A stretch of DNA of 64,000 nt, from positions 40,672,001 through 40,736,000 of the forward strand of contig JAGIQG010000017.1 of the NCBI GenBank assembly GCA_024679065.1, written 5' to 3'. The position numbers and the translations under genes are program-made. The number at the start of each line of letters is the position of its first letter. Position 1 is the first letter of the stretch. The notes beneath the pieces were generated by a model, which was not told the origin of the DNA, made no database searches, and saw only the letters and a program-made list of their open reading frames with translations. This document shows, piece after piece, positions 37,504 to 50,589 of this stretch. This stretch comes from Sphyrna mokarran (taxonomy: Eukaryota).

Positions 37504-37690
37504 ATTCAAAGAAAGATGTGTTAAATTTCTTCAGACCTTAAGTGCAGGTTGCTAATCATTGTACGAGGAGCGGGTCCTGGAATAATGTTGATGGTTCCAT
37601 GAGAATTAGACCCAGTGTTAAAATACAAGAGTATGATGACGGTTAAAGCACCAAGTAGCACCACTGTGATGTCATCCAAAGAGAATACAT
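37504..37690 (-). pseudogene. Orphan decayed first exon of a cytochrome P450 family-2-like gene
   Basis: Minus strand: hydrophobic anchor (DITVVLLGALTVIILLYF), linker, then IPGPAPRTMISNLHL (cf. CYP2 PPGP.PLP.IGNLH.L). After a frameshift it reads LKKFNTSFFE followed by GTAATA. The ATG at 37690 is out of frame by one base. Confidence 0.6.
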
Positions 37691-37864
37691 TTACAAGGAG
37701 GTATTGCAATCAAGTTACAGCTTTAGCACATTGCTGAATGAACTCCAAACCCTCCTGAAGCATAAACTTATACAAGGTAAAGTGTTTTTAAGTTATTACT
37801 GTCTTGACTAACTGGGTTTTCCCTGGTTCACACATTGTTATGTAGTAGCTTGCAGGAAACGAGA

Positions 37865-40810
37865 AGGTAGCCCTCCATTTTCTTAGGACGGTTTACACCA
37901 TAATGATGTACTTTGTGTTAAGCATTACCTGTTGTGGGTCAAGAGTCCCACTAGGCATGGCAGCCTATGCCATATTTGCTGTCAAAGAAGGCAGTGGGCT
38001 GAATAGGTGCACAATTTGCTGGCTTCTCTTAGCTGGCTGAGCTTTTTGTTTCTGCTTGTTTCTTCCAGTGCCGTTCCTAATGGTCTGCCTCCAGAGGTCA
38101 GATGTCAGCAACAAAACATTGTGAATGGTTTTCCATCTTTATATCTCACTTTCATGTGTGTTTTCTAGCAGAGATATTGCTGCCCAGGAGGTGGTAATTC
38201 AGTGGCCAGTTTTCCATAGAGAAGGTCATTAGGTATACAACCATCATCCACCTGGATAAGCCATCGCAGATGTTGTTAACTTAACAATGAGTGTATGCTG
38301 ATGGAATTAGCATTTCGTAGAACTGAGTTGTTGATCTTGTCCTGCCAAGATATATTGATACTTTTGAGATGATGAATGTAGAAACTGTTAAGCCTTTTCT
38401 CCTGCCTAGCATACATTGTCTCCGTATTATCGAGGAATGCTCTGAGGTTGCAGATCTGTGACTCTTAATTTGTGTTCTGTCAGGTTGTTCTCCCCTCAAC
38501 TTGAGCATGACATTGTAGATTTTGCTATGCATGTTGATTTCAGCATCACAACAGATTGCTGGAGATTGTGGAAATATGATATGCGAAGCTATTAGCAACT
38601 TTCAGTGGCAGATTGTCAGTGCTGATATATGGCATCATAGCATCTTGGGCCATGGCATTTGTCTTCGTGATGCTGATGATCAAATGCATTTCTTACAACT
38701 GAGAGAGTTTGTCCATTTTGTTGCTGAAAGTGTTCCTAATTATGGAAAGCAAATATGGCCATGTCAATGTGGAGCAACTTTGAAGACTTGGCACATCTTT
38801 GTCTTAGATCTTAGACAAGCAAGGCCAAACCATTTTCTGTCAATTCTTGTGTAAGTAAATGACCTGAAGCCATATGACAGCAGCGAAGAAGAATATATCA
38901 AAATGTCAGTGCCACCACCCAACTGTTTGACCCCACTGTCAATGTCAAAAGGCTCTGATGTTGCCCTTATGGAAAGAGATCGCATTGAGTAGTTTTGGTG
39001 GGCAGCTAATTTTCTCCAGCAACATAAGAGACTACTCCCACTCACATGATTGAATGTCTTGATCAGATTTATGAAATTGTGTCGTTTGTTCACCACATTT
39101 TTCTTGCATTGTGGAACTGAGAAGATCGTGCCAGTTGCAGGTCCTCGGTTCTGAAACCAAAATTTGATTTCTGTGTAGACACATTCAGCCAGAATCTGAC
39201 AAGAAAAGCAGACAAATGCTTTTTCCATAATGCTCAGCAGAGAAAGGCCTTGATAGTTAGTTAGTCACGGTGGTCATCCTTGTTGTACAGGGTCACAATT
39301 TTTGCATTATGCAGATTCTAGAGTACTTCCCTTTTCTCCAGTCAAGACAGAAAAGTTTATGGAGATGATGATTTCTGTGCATAATGAATTTGGGTGGAAT
39401 AGAACTCTAATTTCATACTGCATGATGTCAGTTAATTATTAGAAGTAAATGACCCTAATTTAAAGCTGAATCAAGGTGGAACAGGAAAACAGGTTTTGCA
39501 TGGTTCTGGAGCTTTTCCCATGCCAAGTATGTCAATAACTTTGCTAAGCTCTTTCACTGTGGGTTTAATATCCAGCTGTGTTATGATAAATAGGCTTTCT
39601 GATGTTTAGAGCTTCCTTGGTGATCATGTTCTCCCTAGGGTATAATTCATATATGCTCCACCTATTTCTCCAATTGCTTGTCTTTGTTTTCAGTGGAAGT
39701 TTTCCTTTACTGATGAACCTATTGCCTTTTTATCCCTTCTTACTTGCTTTTAGCATCCCCCTGTCAAAAGATATCTGCGTATTATGGCAAAGTTGTGACC
39801 GATATTCACTGGCACACCAACTACCAGACTGTTGGACTTCAAGTGGCAGTTAATATGTTCAGGGTATTTTTGCTCAGATCTTTCACATCATTAATGAGAG
39901 CAGACCACTTGGCTTCGCTGACAGGGTTCCATCGTAGTGATGTTAACCTTGACCGAGTCGGCGTTTATTTTTTTCCATCCTTGCTTCATGCATTAAAAAT
40001 CTGGTATTGTAGATGGTGTTTTGCCTCTGCTCTATGTGAAAATGCAAGAGATAGTTGCTCAATTGAGTCAAAGCTTTGTTTTCATTTTGGTAGGAAGTAT
40101 GGCTGATATTGATTCTGTTTCAAACGATAAAACCCTGGTGCACACCAAGGAGTGGTCTGTATTACAGTCAGTGCAGTGGTAGCAGCATGTGTTAAAAATT
40201 CTCTTGAGTCATGTCTTGCGGTGATTAAATCCAGCCAGTGCCAATGCTCTGATCTTGGAATTCTCCAGATTTGTTCCTGAAGTGTTGCCTACACAAAGCT
40301 GGTTAGCTGCAAAAGCTTGGGTAGTCCCTGTCCATTCTCATTTATCTTTCCCAGGCCATGATATTCAAGGCAGGAGGGCCATGCTTCATGATCCATACTC
40401 AATCTTACATTGAAATCCCTCTAGGAATTCTGCTATTCACAGTGTCATGTTACTCCTAGAACTGGTTTTGCTCCTCTAGTGGAGCACAGGATTGGAGCAT
40501 AGATACTCGTGAGATTACCTGGCTGTGTGCTTGAGTTAAGAGATGGATGGAGAGAACATGTTTGAGCCGTTTGGGGGTTGGGGGGTGGATAGGGCAGCTC
40601 ATTATCAAAAACAGCAAGCCTTACATATGTTATAAACTGACTACAAGTCATCTGTCAATTCCATGGACACAATCCTGATGCCAATTGAAGAGTTGTCTTC
40701 TTTTTGTTACTCTTATTTGTATGCCTGGAATGATAGATTCCATCCGCTTGAGAAGAGATTCTCAAGCTCCAAGTAACCATTTGAAGCAGATGGGCTGTGA
40801 GTCAGCACCT
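37865..40810 (-). mobile_element. Near-full-length degenerate RTE-clade LINE (EN and RT)
   Basis: Minus-strand ORF pieces AVFDNEL and GNLTSIYAP (APE endonuclease), QILAECVYTE, FINLIKTFN.VS and SEPFDIDSGVKQ (RTE RT). Confidence 0.85.
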
Positions 40811-41450
40811 TGATTTGATTTTGATTTATTATTGTCACGTATTATCATACAGTGAAAAGTATTATTTCTTGCGTGATATAAAGACGAAACATATCGTTCA
40901 TATAGAACGAAATGAGTGCAGAATGTAGTGTTACAGTTATAACTAAGGTGAAGAGAAAGATCAACTTAATGCAAGATAAGTCCATTCAAAAATCCGACAG
41001 CAATCAGGAGGAAGCTGTTCTTGAGTCAGTTGGTAGGTGACCTCAGACTTCTATCTTCTCAAAGGAAGAAGGTAAAAGAGAGAACGTTCAGGGTGCTTGA
41101 GCCCTTAATTATGCTAGCTGCTTTATCGAGGCAGTGGGGAGTGTAGACTGGGTTAATATATGGGAGACTGGTTCGCATGATGGGTTGGGCTACATTCACC
41201 ACTTTTTGTAGATCTTCGTGGTTTAGAGCAGAGCAGGAGCCATACTAAGCTGTGATAACAGAATGCTTCCTATGATGTATCTGTAAAAGTTGGATGAGAG
41301 TTGTAGCTACCATGTCAAATTTCTTTAATCTTCTGAGAAAGTAGAGGTGTTGGTGGGCTTTTTGAACTATAGTCTTGGTACGGGGGGGAACCAGGACAGG
41401 TGGTTGATGATCTGGACCCCTAACAATTTGAAGCTCTCGACCCTTCCTAC
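40811..41450 (-). mobile_element. Rex1/Babar LINE 3' fragment
   Basis: VESFKLLGVQIINHLSW; IVQKAHQHLYFLRRLKKFDM; tail seen on + as TGATTTGATTTTGATTTATTATTGTCAC. Confidence 0.88.
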
Positions 41451-41580
41451 ATAGTTGCAATCGTATATCCTGCACCCTTTCCCCATGTATTCTATGGATG
41501 TTATGTTTTGTCCATGTCGCCCACAATAAACCATTTTCACTGGATCCCAATGCATGACAATAAATCAATTCAATTCAACT
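41451..41580 (+). mobile_element. Rex1-type 3' tail in the opposite orientation
   Basis: TTTTCACTGGATCCCAATGCATGACAATAAATCAATTCAATTCAA resembles the tail at 27930-27970. Confidence 0.55.
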
Positions 41581-43074
41581 ATATCAATCTATTGGACATG
41601 TGCAGAAAATTAGTACCCCTGTGCACAAAGAGGGTGATGCACCACCATACTCTCGAGCATGCAAATGTCTCAAGTACAACACCCATCCCCTGTCAGTGAT
41701 CATAACATCAAAAACAGACTTGCATTTAACACACATGCATCTAGACATTGCATGGGATAACAGAATGGAGGCAGATACACCCAAAGCCAGACTGCCCACT
41801 ACAAATTAAACGTCACAAGCACGTAGCAATGAGCTATGTTCACTCCTTCCAACTCGGGTTATGTCAGATACACAATTTAACAGCCCTTTTATCTATTCTG
41901 ATCTATTAGCTGAATCCAAGTGATTGTGTTGTCCGGATTTACTAGTGTGTTTAACTTAAGTTGATCTATTCTCCAAGACTATGTAGAGAAAAAGTTCAGA
42001 ATTTGCCAATGCAAACTTTCATATAAATTGAGAGCATAAGATGGAGGGAAAGAATCCAATTAAGTATTGTAATGTTGATTATGGAAGTTGAGTATTCAAG
42101 AATACTTTTTTCTATAAGGGAAACCTTCTAAAGTAATCCTAATCAGATGAATATCAGACTTGTGATATGATTTGATCTAGCTAATTCCATGCACGCAATG
42201 TATTGTGCATTTATCTTAAAATGTGAGTGGAACTATTTTGATTAATAAAGAATTTTTCTGTTTGTTTTAAATTCCAACGTCCACAGTATTTTGCTTGTTT
42301 TTGTACTGCTGGGGCTGAATTGTCTTGATGGGGAAGTTAGTCAGAGGTTGACATATGCACTGAGAGTTGTGCAGCAACTTTTCTTTTTCCAAATTTGTCA
42401 TTGTGAACTTGGACAGTAGTGGTTCTAAAAGAAGGGCCATCACCATCTTCTTGAAGACTGTGGGGTAGATGTTGGCCTTGTCAGCTATGTCTGCATCTCT
42501 AAGATGCAATAAGTTGCATTGCACTACATAATTTTGTATAAAATTTGTTACACCAAGTCCTGTGAATTTGGGGTGGAAGTTAACACTCCAATTTTATACT
42601 GACATGATAGTTATTAGTTAGAAGTAAGTGACCTTAAAGTTTGAATTTGAGTGAAATGGAAAAAAGTTTTTTTGACTCGGGCTGTGTGAATGGTTTAAAA
42701 AAAGTGTGTGTTTGGATGAAACTGCTAAGTTATTCATGGATGAGCTTGGTACGCCAGTCTGAACATTGTGCTAAAAAGTATTGGGATGTTGTGAGGCATG
42801 CTGAGAGATTGCATGCAATTTTACAATTTCCTGACTACCATTTTACAGCAAATGAGATTTTTAATTTTACTTTGGTTTGCTTCTGTTTATACAGTCAACT
42901 TAATTTCTCTGAAGGCCAACAAATAACTGAAGTTTTAGATGCCAACAGCACAAACCCTGTTCAAAATATTGGCTTAAAATTAAGAATAATCTCCAATGCA
43001 AAGCTTTTCCTTGTGCTAATTTGTAACTGACTGTTCTTTTGACTCTAATTTCTGAGCATTTTTAAAAACTGTCA

Positions 43075-43390
43075 TCAAATGAAGACATCTTTGGCAAGGC
43101 AATCATTAATTGGCCATCCCCAATTCTTTGAGAGAACGTAGTGGTACGTTGCCTTCTTGAGCCACAGCAATGCATCTGGTCGTGCCCATAGTGGTATTAG
43201 GAAGGGTATTCCAGGGTTTTGATCTGGTGAGAATGAAAGAACAGTGAAAAAGTTCCAAATTAGGATGGTGTATAGCTTTGAGGGGAATTTGCCAATTGTG
43301 ATGTTCCATGTATCTGCTGCCATTGTCCATCCAGTGGTAAAAGATTGTGGGTTTAGAAGATGCTGCTGGAGGCTTGACAAGTTGCTGCAA
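43075..43390 (-). mobile_element. CR1/L2-group LINE 3' end
   Basis: ORFs LQQHLLNP and SKPWNTLPNTTMG; reverse homolog of 2785-3078. Confidence 0.75.
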
Positions 43391-45734
43391 TTTACTTTGG
43401 TTAAAATGTTTCAATGTTTGGTTTTCCTGTATCTAGTATATAGATATCTTAAAAGCTAAAAATTAAAGCTACTGTAAGTTACCATAAAATATCCTTTATC
43501 ATGAGGTTTTTGTTGCACTAAATGCCATGAAATTAATCTGCAACCAAGAACTGCAAAACTCAGAACAAGAATTATTTTACCAGTGACACTTCTTTTTTCC
43601 TTTTAAAGATATGTTGTATAATTTTATATTGGTATAATTTTGCTTGCCCTTGGGATTGCAGATGAAATTCTTGTAATTGGATATTACGGGCTTCTACATG
43701 TTTTCTGACTGCATCAACTGAATATTTAATAGCTACAGTAAAGTTAATGCTCCCTTACTGCTATGCATAATTACTTGATCATTTCAGAGCAAATAAAATA
43801 AATGATCACTGCTCAAATTATAACATTCCCAATTATTAACCTATGAATTAGTCAACATTGTTTAACACCAGCTTGATTTTCTTTTTTCCACTACAAATGT
43901 GTTCACCAATCCTTTTTCTTTGTTCCCTTATTTGAATTTGGTGTTACCCTAAACTGAAATGCAGTACATGTAATGAAAAGCAGTATTTTAAAACATGGAT
44001 ATATTTCAAATATTTGTAAAATTTTTACTATTTCACAGGATATGGATGTCACTGACCAGCATTTATTGCCCATCCCTAATTCATTTTGAGAAGGTGGTGT
44101 GAGCTGCCTTTTTTTTTGAACCTTGAAAGAGAGTTTCAGAATTTTGACCCAACAATGAAGAAATTATAGGATAAGGGGAAAGATGATACTTAGTTTTGCG
44201 ATAACAGAAATGTTAGAAAGGCAGTGGATAATTTAGTTGTCTTTTGATTATTACATAGGAATGTCTTGCTGTGTTCTGACATTGTTAAATAGCATAAGTG
44301 ACACTATATATTATATGCAAGAGTGATAAATTGTTACTTGGCTGCACAGATCTTGAATATTGCTGAGAGACCTGTTGCTTGCATAATAAGAACAAATGCA
44401 ATAATGCCAAATTTCAAATGATCACTGCAATTTATGCTGCAGGAGAAAAGTGTGCAGGTTGGTTTGCAAATGAATTCTTGATTAGCTGGAAAATTGACAT
44501 GGGGAAAACAATGGGGAACAATAGGCTCCCCAAACGACCAGTAAGGTGCCAAGTTTGAACAGGTTTTTTTTTGTTGTTGTTGAAAGAGAACAAATTTCTA
44601 CGTATAAATCTACGTCGCTTCTATGAAGCCATATTATGAATTTGACTGTCTTAAATTAGTTATTAGTATAGCTATTAGCTCATTCAGGATTCTTCAGAAA
44701 GTGCTGTCCAATCTCAGAATCATATGTAAGATTAGACAAAATCAGTGCTGCTGAGAGAGACCAACAGCACATAGTCTTTTTTATATAAGCTTGACTTATA
44801 TAAAATTTTTAAAATTTATAAAATTTTAAATCCATTTGATTTAAATACAAAGTAATTTAAATGGTGATCCCATTAATTGTTTAAAATGTATTGATTAAAT
44901 TGTCTTTTTAAATAAATGAGTCTAACTGGACTTTGAAAGTGAATGCCTGTCTGGGACTTGTGAAAAGAATTAAGACAGGTCACTTGGTGAGAAAAATATA
45001 TTAATAACATTAGGTATAATTTATTATAGTTGTGAACTAAATTTTCTATCTCTGGAATTGGTTCATTTAACTACTGCACAAATATGTTATTATTAGTGAT
45101 TTATTCTATTAGTGTTTCAGAATTTTTGTTCAACAATGCCTAAAGCAAGGTATAATATGGTCATGCCTTCTTTTGTCAATTGTCATACTATGTGTTAGTC
45201 TAACTCCTTTTGAAGATCATCAGATAAAATGAAGAGGATTTTCAATTTGTTGCTCAGTCTTGCTCTAAATTTTGCCATGGTATCTGGGCAATTGAAAATA
45301 ATTTTGCATGTTCACATAAATGACTAGTCTGGAAAAATAGACGATAAAAATATTTAGAGTTTTTTTAAAAGAAGGGAAGATAATAGTTAACTATTTGTTA
45401 GTCAGTATAATAATTATTTAATGATTCAAACAAAAGAATATTTTAGGAGGCATTGGTATTATTTAGACTTGTTGCTTAGACCAGCAACTCCTTCCTTGAA
45501 TGGCAATGTATTTTCTTTCTACCAGGCTTTGAATAAGATGTTCAGTTATATTTTCTCTCACTTTCTTAGTTTCATCCATTGTACAGTGCCTGTAGCAGGG
45601 AATATGTGCAGGTGTTGGAGACCCATGCCTCGGCTATTGTTGCTCTGTAACAGATGTCCTTCGATTTATTGCAAGTAAAGGAGCCAAGTAATTCCCTGAC
45701 CTTAGAAGTATCTGTTATCATTATATATTAGAGT

Positions 45735-47285
45735 AACACCAGGGGCTAAATGCAGACAAGTTACCAGGATCTGATGAACTGCATGCTAGAGTTTTAATGG
45801 TAGTGGCAGCAGAGATGGTGGACCCACTGGTTGAAATTTTTCATAATTCACTAAATTCCAGGAGGTTTCCACAAGTTTGGCAAACAACAAACATGACCCC
45901 CTTCTTCAAAAAGGGAGAAAAAGAGGGATCTATAGGCCAGTAAGTTTTACATCTATTATTGACAAGATGCTGGAGTCAATAGTCAGATGAAATCTCCAAT
46001 CATTTAGGAAAACTAAATATAGTCAAAACTGTAACAACATGGTTTTATGAAAATCATGTTTGACAAACTTGATCAAATTCATTAAGGATATACAGAATGA
46101 ATAAACAGAAGAGAATCTGTGGAGGTAGTGGATTTAGATTTCCAAAAAAGCATCTGACAAGGTGCCGCATAAGATGCTGGTGCATAAAGTAACTACCCAT
46201 GGAATTGGAGGAAATGTGTTAGCATGGATTGAAAACTTTCTGTGAAATAGAAAATGAAGAGTTAGAATAAATGAGTCCTTTTCAGAGTGGAACGATGCAA
46301 CTCATGGAATACCACAGGGATCAATTCTTGGTCCACAATTGTTCACTATTTACATTAATGACCTGGAGGAGAAAATGGAATGTAAGATTTCCAAATCTAT
46401 TGATGATATGAAAACAAGTAGGCGGATTATGAGGATATTGTGATTCTACAATGGGCAATAGATAGTTTAGGTGACTGGGTGAATACCTGGTAATTGATGT
46501 TTAATGTGGGGAAGTGTGAGGCCATGTACTTTGATATGAAGAATCAAAAGACAGATTATCTAAATGGAGAAAGACTGCAAGTGAGTGAAGTACAGCGGAA
46601 CATTGGTGTTCCGGTGCATGAATCACAAAGTTAGCAGGACCGACAAGTAGTTGAGAAGGCAAGTGGCATTTTGGCCTTTATTGCAAAGGGATTGGAATTT
46701 AAAAATAGGGAGGTTTTGTTGCAGTTGTACAGGATGTTGGTGAGGCACCTCATCTGGAATATTATGTAAAGTTTTGATCCCCTTAAAAAGGATGTATAAA
46801 TGTTGGATGCAGCCTAAAGGAGATTCACCAGGCCAATTCCTGGGATGAGAGGGTTGACCTCTCGAGAGACTAAATAGTGTGGGTCTGTTTCCTTGGAGTT
46901 TGGAAGAGTGAGGGGCAACCTTATTCAAATATACAAGATCCTGGGGGAACTTGATGGATGGTGAGATATTTTCACTAGTGGAGAATCTCAAACAGACGTA
47001 GCTACAAGATAAAGGACTAGTCGTTTAAAACTGAGGTGCATAAAAATTTCTTCCCACAGAGGGTGGTGAATCTCTGGAATTCTCTGCCCAAAAGGGTAGT
47101 GGAGGCTAGGTCATTAGAAGTATTTAAAGTGGTGGTGGATAAATATTTGACAAGTAAAGGAATAAAAGGCTATGGGGAAATGACACAGAAAAGGAGTTGA
47201 GGCCGGCATAGATCAGACATGATCAAGTTGACAGGGTGGGTTTGAAGGATTTGGTAGCTTACTCCTCCTATTTTTTTGTGTTCTG
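45735..47285 (+). mobile_element. CR1 RT domain to 3' UTR (degenerate)
   Basis: PGSDELH.RVL, YRPVSFTS, LDFQK..DKVPH, PQGSILGPQLF.IYINDL, KCEAMYF, FFPQRVVNLWNSLP, then the 3' UTR. Multiple stops and frameshifts. Confidence 0.92.
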
Positions 47286-47321
47286 TTTCCTCATGGTGTC
47301 ATGGTTGAAATTAGTATTTTA

Positions 47322-47520
47322 GAATTTAGCATGGCCAACCCACCTAACCAATACATCTTTCAGACTGTGGGGGAAAAAAACCGGAGCACCCAGAAGAAAC
47401 CATTGCAGACATCGGAGAACATGCAAACTCCATACAGTCAGTAGCCCAAGTCAGGAATCGAACCCGGATCCCTGGCGCTGTGATGCAACAGTGCTAACCA
47501 TGGAGCTACTGTACAGCCCC
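47322..47520 (-). mobile_element. V-SINE (HE1-like) 5' half
   Basis: The minus strand reads GGGGCTGTACAGTAGCTCCATGGTTAGCACTGTTGCATCACAGCGCCAGGGATCCGGGTTCGATTCC...GGAGTTTGCATGTTCTCC. Confidence 0.88.
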
Positions 47521-48309
47521 ACAAAACTTCCTAGGAACTCACTAACATGAGAAATTAATTGTCTATCCATATTCTATTAATTCCAACATTTCACAAGATT
47601 TTTAAAATATTTCAATTTGCAGCTTTTGACTTTGGAAGGTTTGTTACTCTTGATTTGCCATTTGCAGGCTGATTTCTTTCCATCTATCCCATTTGGTGTC
47701 ATCTTTCAGCTGGATGACTGGAAAATTATTGATATGTCTTTCAGCTTCCTGTAATTCGGCAACAGTTGGACAAGAGCCACTAACAAAACTGTATGTTCTT
47801 CCCTCTTTGCAGCCAGCTTCACTTATAATGCATTTACACTTGTATACAAGATATAGACAACATCAACAATGTCTCAAATTTAGGAACGATGCTGAATTTT
47901 CAGTTGTGCGATTAGTATAAAAGCCACACAAGTTGAGCTAAAAGTGTCTCAGAATTTCCAGGAAATAAAATTTCTCAATCATTTATTATCTCATCCTCTG
48001 CCACTTGCATTTGTTGTTCTGGTTTGAATCTAAATACAGCTTTTTTTGTTCTTGACTAGCTGTTAGTCTTTTGCCCAAAGAGGTTTATGACCCTCCCTCT
48101 CAATTAACAGTTGTAGTTCTGTCATGCGGTAAATTGCCAATAAAGGATTGATCTGGTGTACAGTTGCAATGGTGGATGAAATGGAAAAAGAAATATCCTA
48201 CTGGTATACAAATGCCGCCTTGAGATTTAAAACACGTTGTTGAGCCAAAATAATGAAACCTTTCCTCTACATCTAACTTGTATGTATTTGGGACATTGCC
48301 CAATAACAC

Positions 48310-48547
48310 CCTAAAGTGAAAGATATTCTATTCTGGTTTTTTTCTGAATGATATTGGCCAGACACTGGGAGTCTCCATTGTTTACCTTCAAATTTTTCCT
48401 CTGAAAGGCTACATCCATGACAGTGTAGCTCTCCCTTATTAATGTGCAGAAGTCTTGGGCTCTACAGTGTTCAAATTTCTGGACTGAAATTTGACCTATT
48501 GACCTTAAGAATTAAGGTGAAAGTGCTATAACTGAGCCAAGGCTAAC
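48310..48547 (-). mobile_element. Deu-SINE (SacSINE/AmnSINE-like) 5' part
   Basis: The minus strand reads AGCCTTGGCTCAGTTATAGCACT...GGTCAAATTTC...AAGGGAGAGCTACACTGTCATGGATGTAGCCTTTCAGA, a tRNA-like head plus a Deu-like domain. Confidence 0.6.
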
Positions 48548-48689
48548 ATGTTTTAAAATCAAGAAAAGCTGTGCTGATGCTGGAGATCAGAAAATCAGGA
48601 AATGGCAGAAATACTCATCAGATAGCACTATGGAGAGAAACAGAGTTACTGTTTCAGATGATCCAGGATCATCACTGACTTGCAACATT

Positions 48690-48844
48690 GGGTGGGATTT
48701 GCTGCCATGTATTTAGAAGGGCTGTCTCCTGCCACTACTAACTGCAGGATCCCCTTGTCCTGCCATTGTCAACAGGATTTCCTCTTGAATGCACCTTTCG
48801 TTGCAATGGGGTTTGCCGCTAGTGGGACCAAAAAAAATCCCACT
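48690..48844. mobile_element. MITE-like element
   Basis: Termini GGGTGGGATTT ... AAATCCCACT flanked by ATT on both sides. Internal similarity to 54590-54760. Confidence 0.55.
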
Positions 48845-49719
48845 ATTAAACATTTGGAAGGTACCGGCCATTGATTTTGTTTTTCTTAGCAGCTCTTTTT
48901 AAGGGTAAAGACAAATAAAAAATAAATGTTGTATATCCTAACTGTTCTTAAATAATGTATACATTTCTTAGAATAGCTTGTGTGATAGATATGGCAATGA
49001 GGTCAGCATATGTCTGAAATGTCTGGGAGACATTTTAAGGCTTCCAACAGTAGCATGCACAACTGTGATCTGAACAGCTCATTCACCTGGAAAAAGCTAA
49101 CTCTTTGATGTCGGCCTGTACATTATTTATCTGGTCTAGTTACATTCTAAACAGCTGCACTACTGCTGCAGGGGTCCACTATCTGAGTCACAATTTCTGA
49201 AGCGATGCTGAAAAATGTGATATGCAGTACATGCATGGTTTATAATTATTTAAATTCATTTTATAATTATTTACATAGGCCTTATTGCATTCACAATGTA
49301 TTCTGTGCAGAAAAACTTCCTCATTACTTTACTTTACTTTAAATGCCAGCTTAATTCGGAGGCACTTTGTGCCTGGCAGAATTTGAGACCAGAGAAGGCT
49401 CGTTTTTTAATTAGGAAGTGATGACTAATGATTTTGGCAGTCACATGCCGAATAATGCAGATTATTTTTCCACTAAACAAACCATTTGTATTATCTGTCT
49501 GGTTTTTGAAAAATTGCAAACTTACGGCAAAGAAGGAGGCCATAAGTTTCTCTGTGACATGTGTAATACCAATGTGACATTGGTGTTTACCAGCCCATGA
49601 AAATACAACTGCAAATATGCCCCCAATAACAGTTTGAGATAGAACAGTGTAGGCTTTCGTGTATCCTATTTTAAGAACACTTTCACAAGTACAGGATATC
49701 AGCCTATTCTAATATTATC

Positions 49720-49900
49720 AAGGTATGGTAATGTAGCGGGCATTATTGCACAGTTTATCCAAGAATCTGAATCAATAGCCCAAAGAATATGAGTTGGAAT
49801 TCCACAATGGCAGTTTGAGAATTTGAGTTTGGTTAAGTTTTTAAAAAAAGCAAATTGGCCATTAAAAGTGATGGGAGTAAGAAGTGACCATGAAATTGTC
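49720..49900 (+). mobile_element. Meta-like SINE 5' fragment
   Basis: GAGTTGGAATTCCACAATGGCAGTTTGAGAATTTGAGTT...GTGACCATGAAATTGTC parallels the copy at 36666. Confidence 0.55.
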
Positions 49901-50164
49901 CAATGTAAATTGACATAGAATGCTGAACTAATCAGAACATCATCTGCTATAGGCAGAATTGCTACAACAGACAGCAGAGTAGCAGGTATAAGTAAACCAA
50001 GATGGTGAATAGATCTAACTGAAGCAGATGAAACTTTTGCAATGTAGAAGCAGATCTATTACTTCACTAGGACAGATCAAAGGATCAGTGAATGCACAAG
50101 CAGTAGTTGGACCTGGGGATGATTTTGATTTAGATCAGTTGTGCTAATATATATGTGTAAATGC

Positions 50165-50250
50165 ACAATGTACACATCAGGCAGGAACCATGGAGAAAAA
50201 CAGTTGGCTCTGATGTATCAAGTCTGTAATCCTTCATCAGAATGATGTCA
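50165..50250 (-). repeat. Penelope-like remnant with decayed hammerhead core
   Basis: The minus strand reads CTGATGAAGGATTACAGACTTGATACATC, with GATA in place of GAAA. Confidence 0.5.
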
Positions 50251-50589
50251 ATGATATTTTGCTTTTAAGTTATCTTTTCTGGGAATTGATTCTAAGCTGC
50301 ACGTCTTATGCTTCTAGAAAGTTGGCGGCAGGGTCCTGTGTGAATGTTGGTCTGATCATCCCTAATCAGGAAAGTATTTTTTTAAGCTAATGTTGGACAA
50401 CTATTGTTTAGTGTGAGCCAGTACAATTATTTACCTGTTTGAGGAGGGATTAAATTTCTGCAGCTCTGATCTTGATCTTTTAATTTGGAAGGTGTGTTGA
50501 TTTTTGCATTGTGTGGAAAGCATTTGCTTGAATAGATTGTTTCATTACACATTCATGGCCTTATCCTTTATTCACAAAGAATTTTTCCA

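Noticed and set aside
42641-43030. 129-aa ORF and other 60-130 aa ORFs in non-repeat DNA
   Set aside because: No recognisable domain, many have non-ATG starts, and composition is typical of random AT-rich intron.
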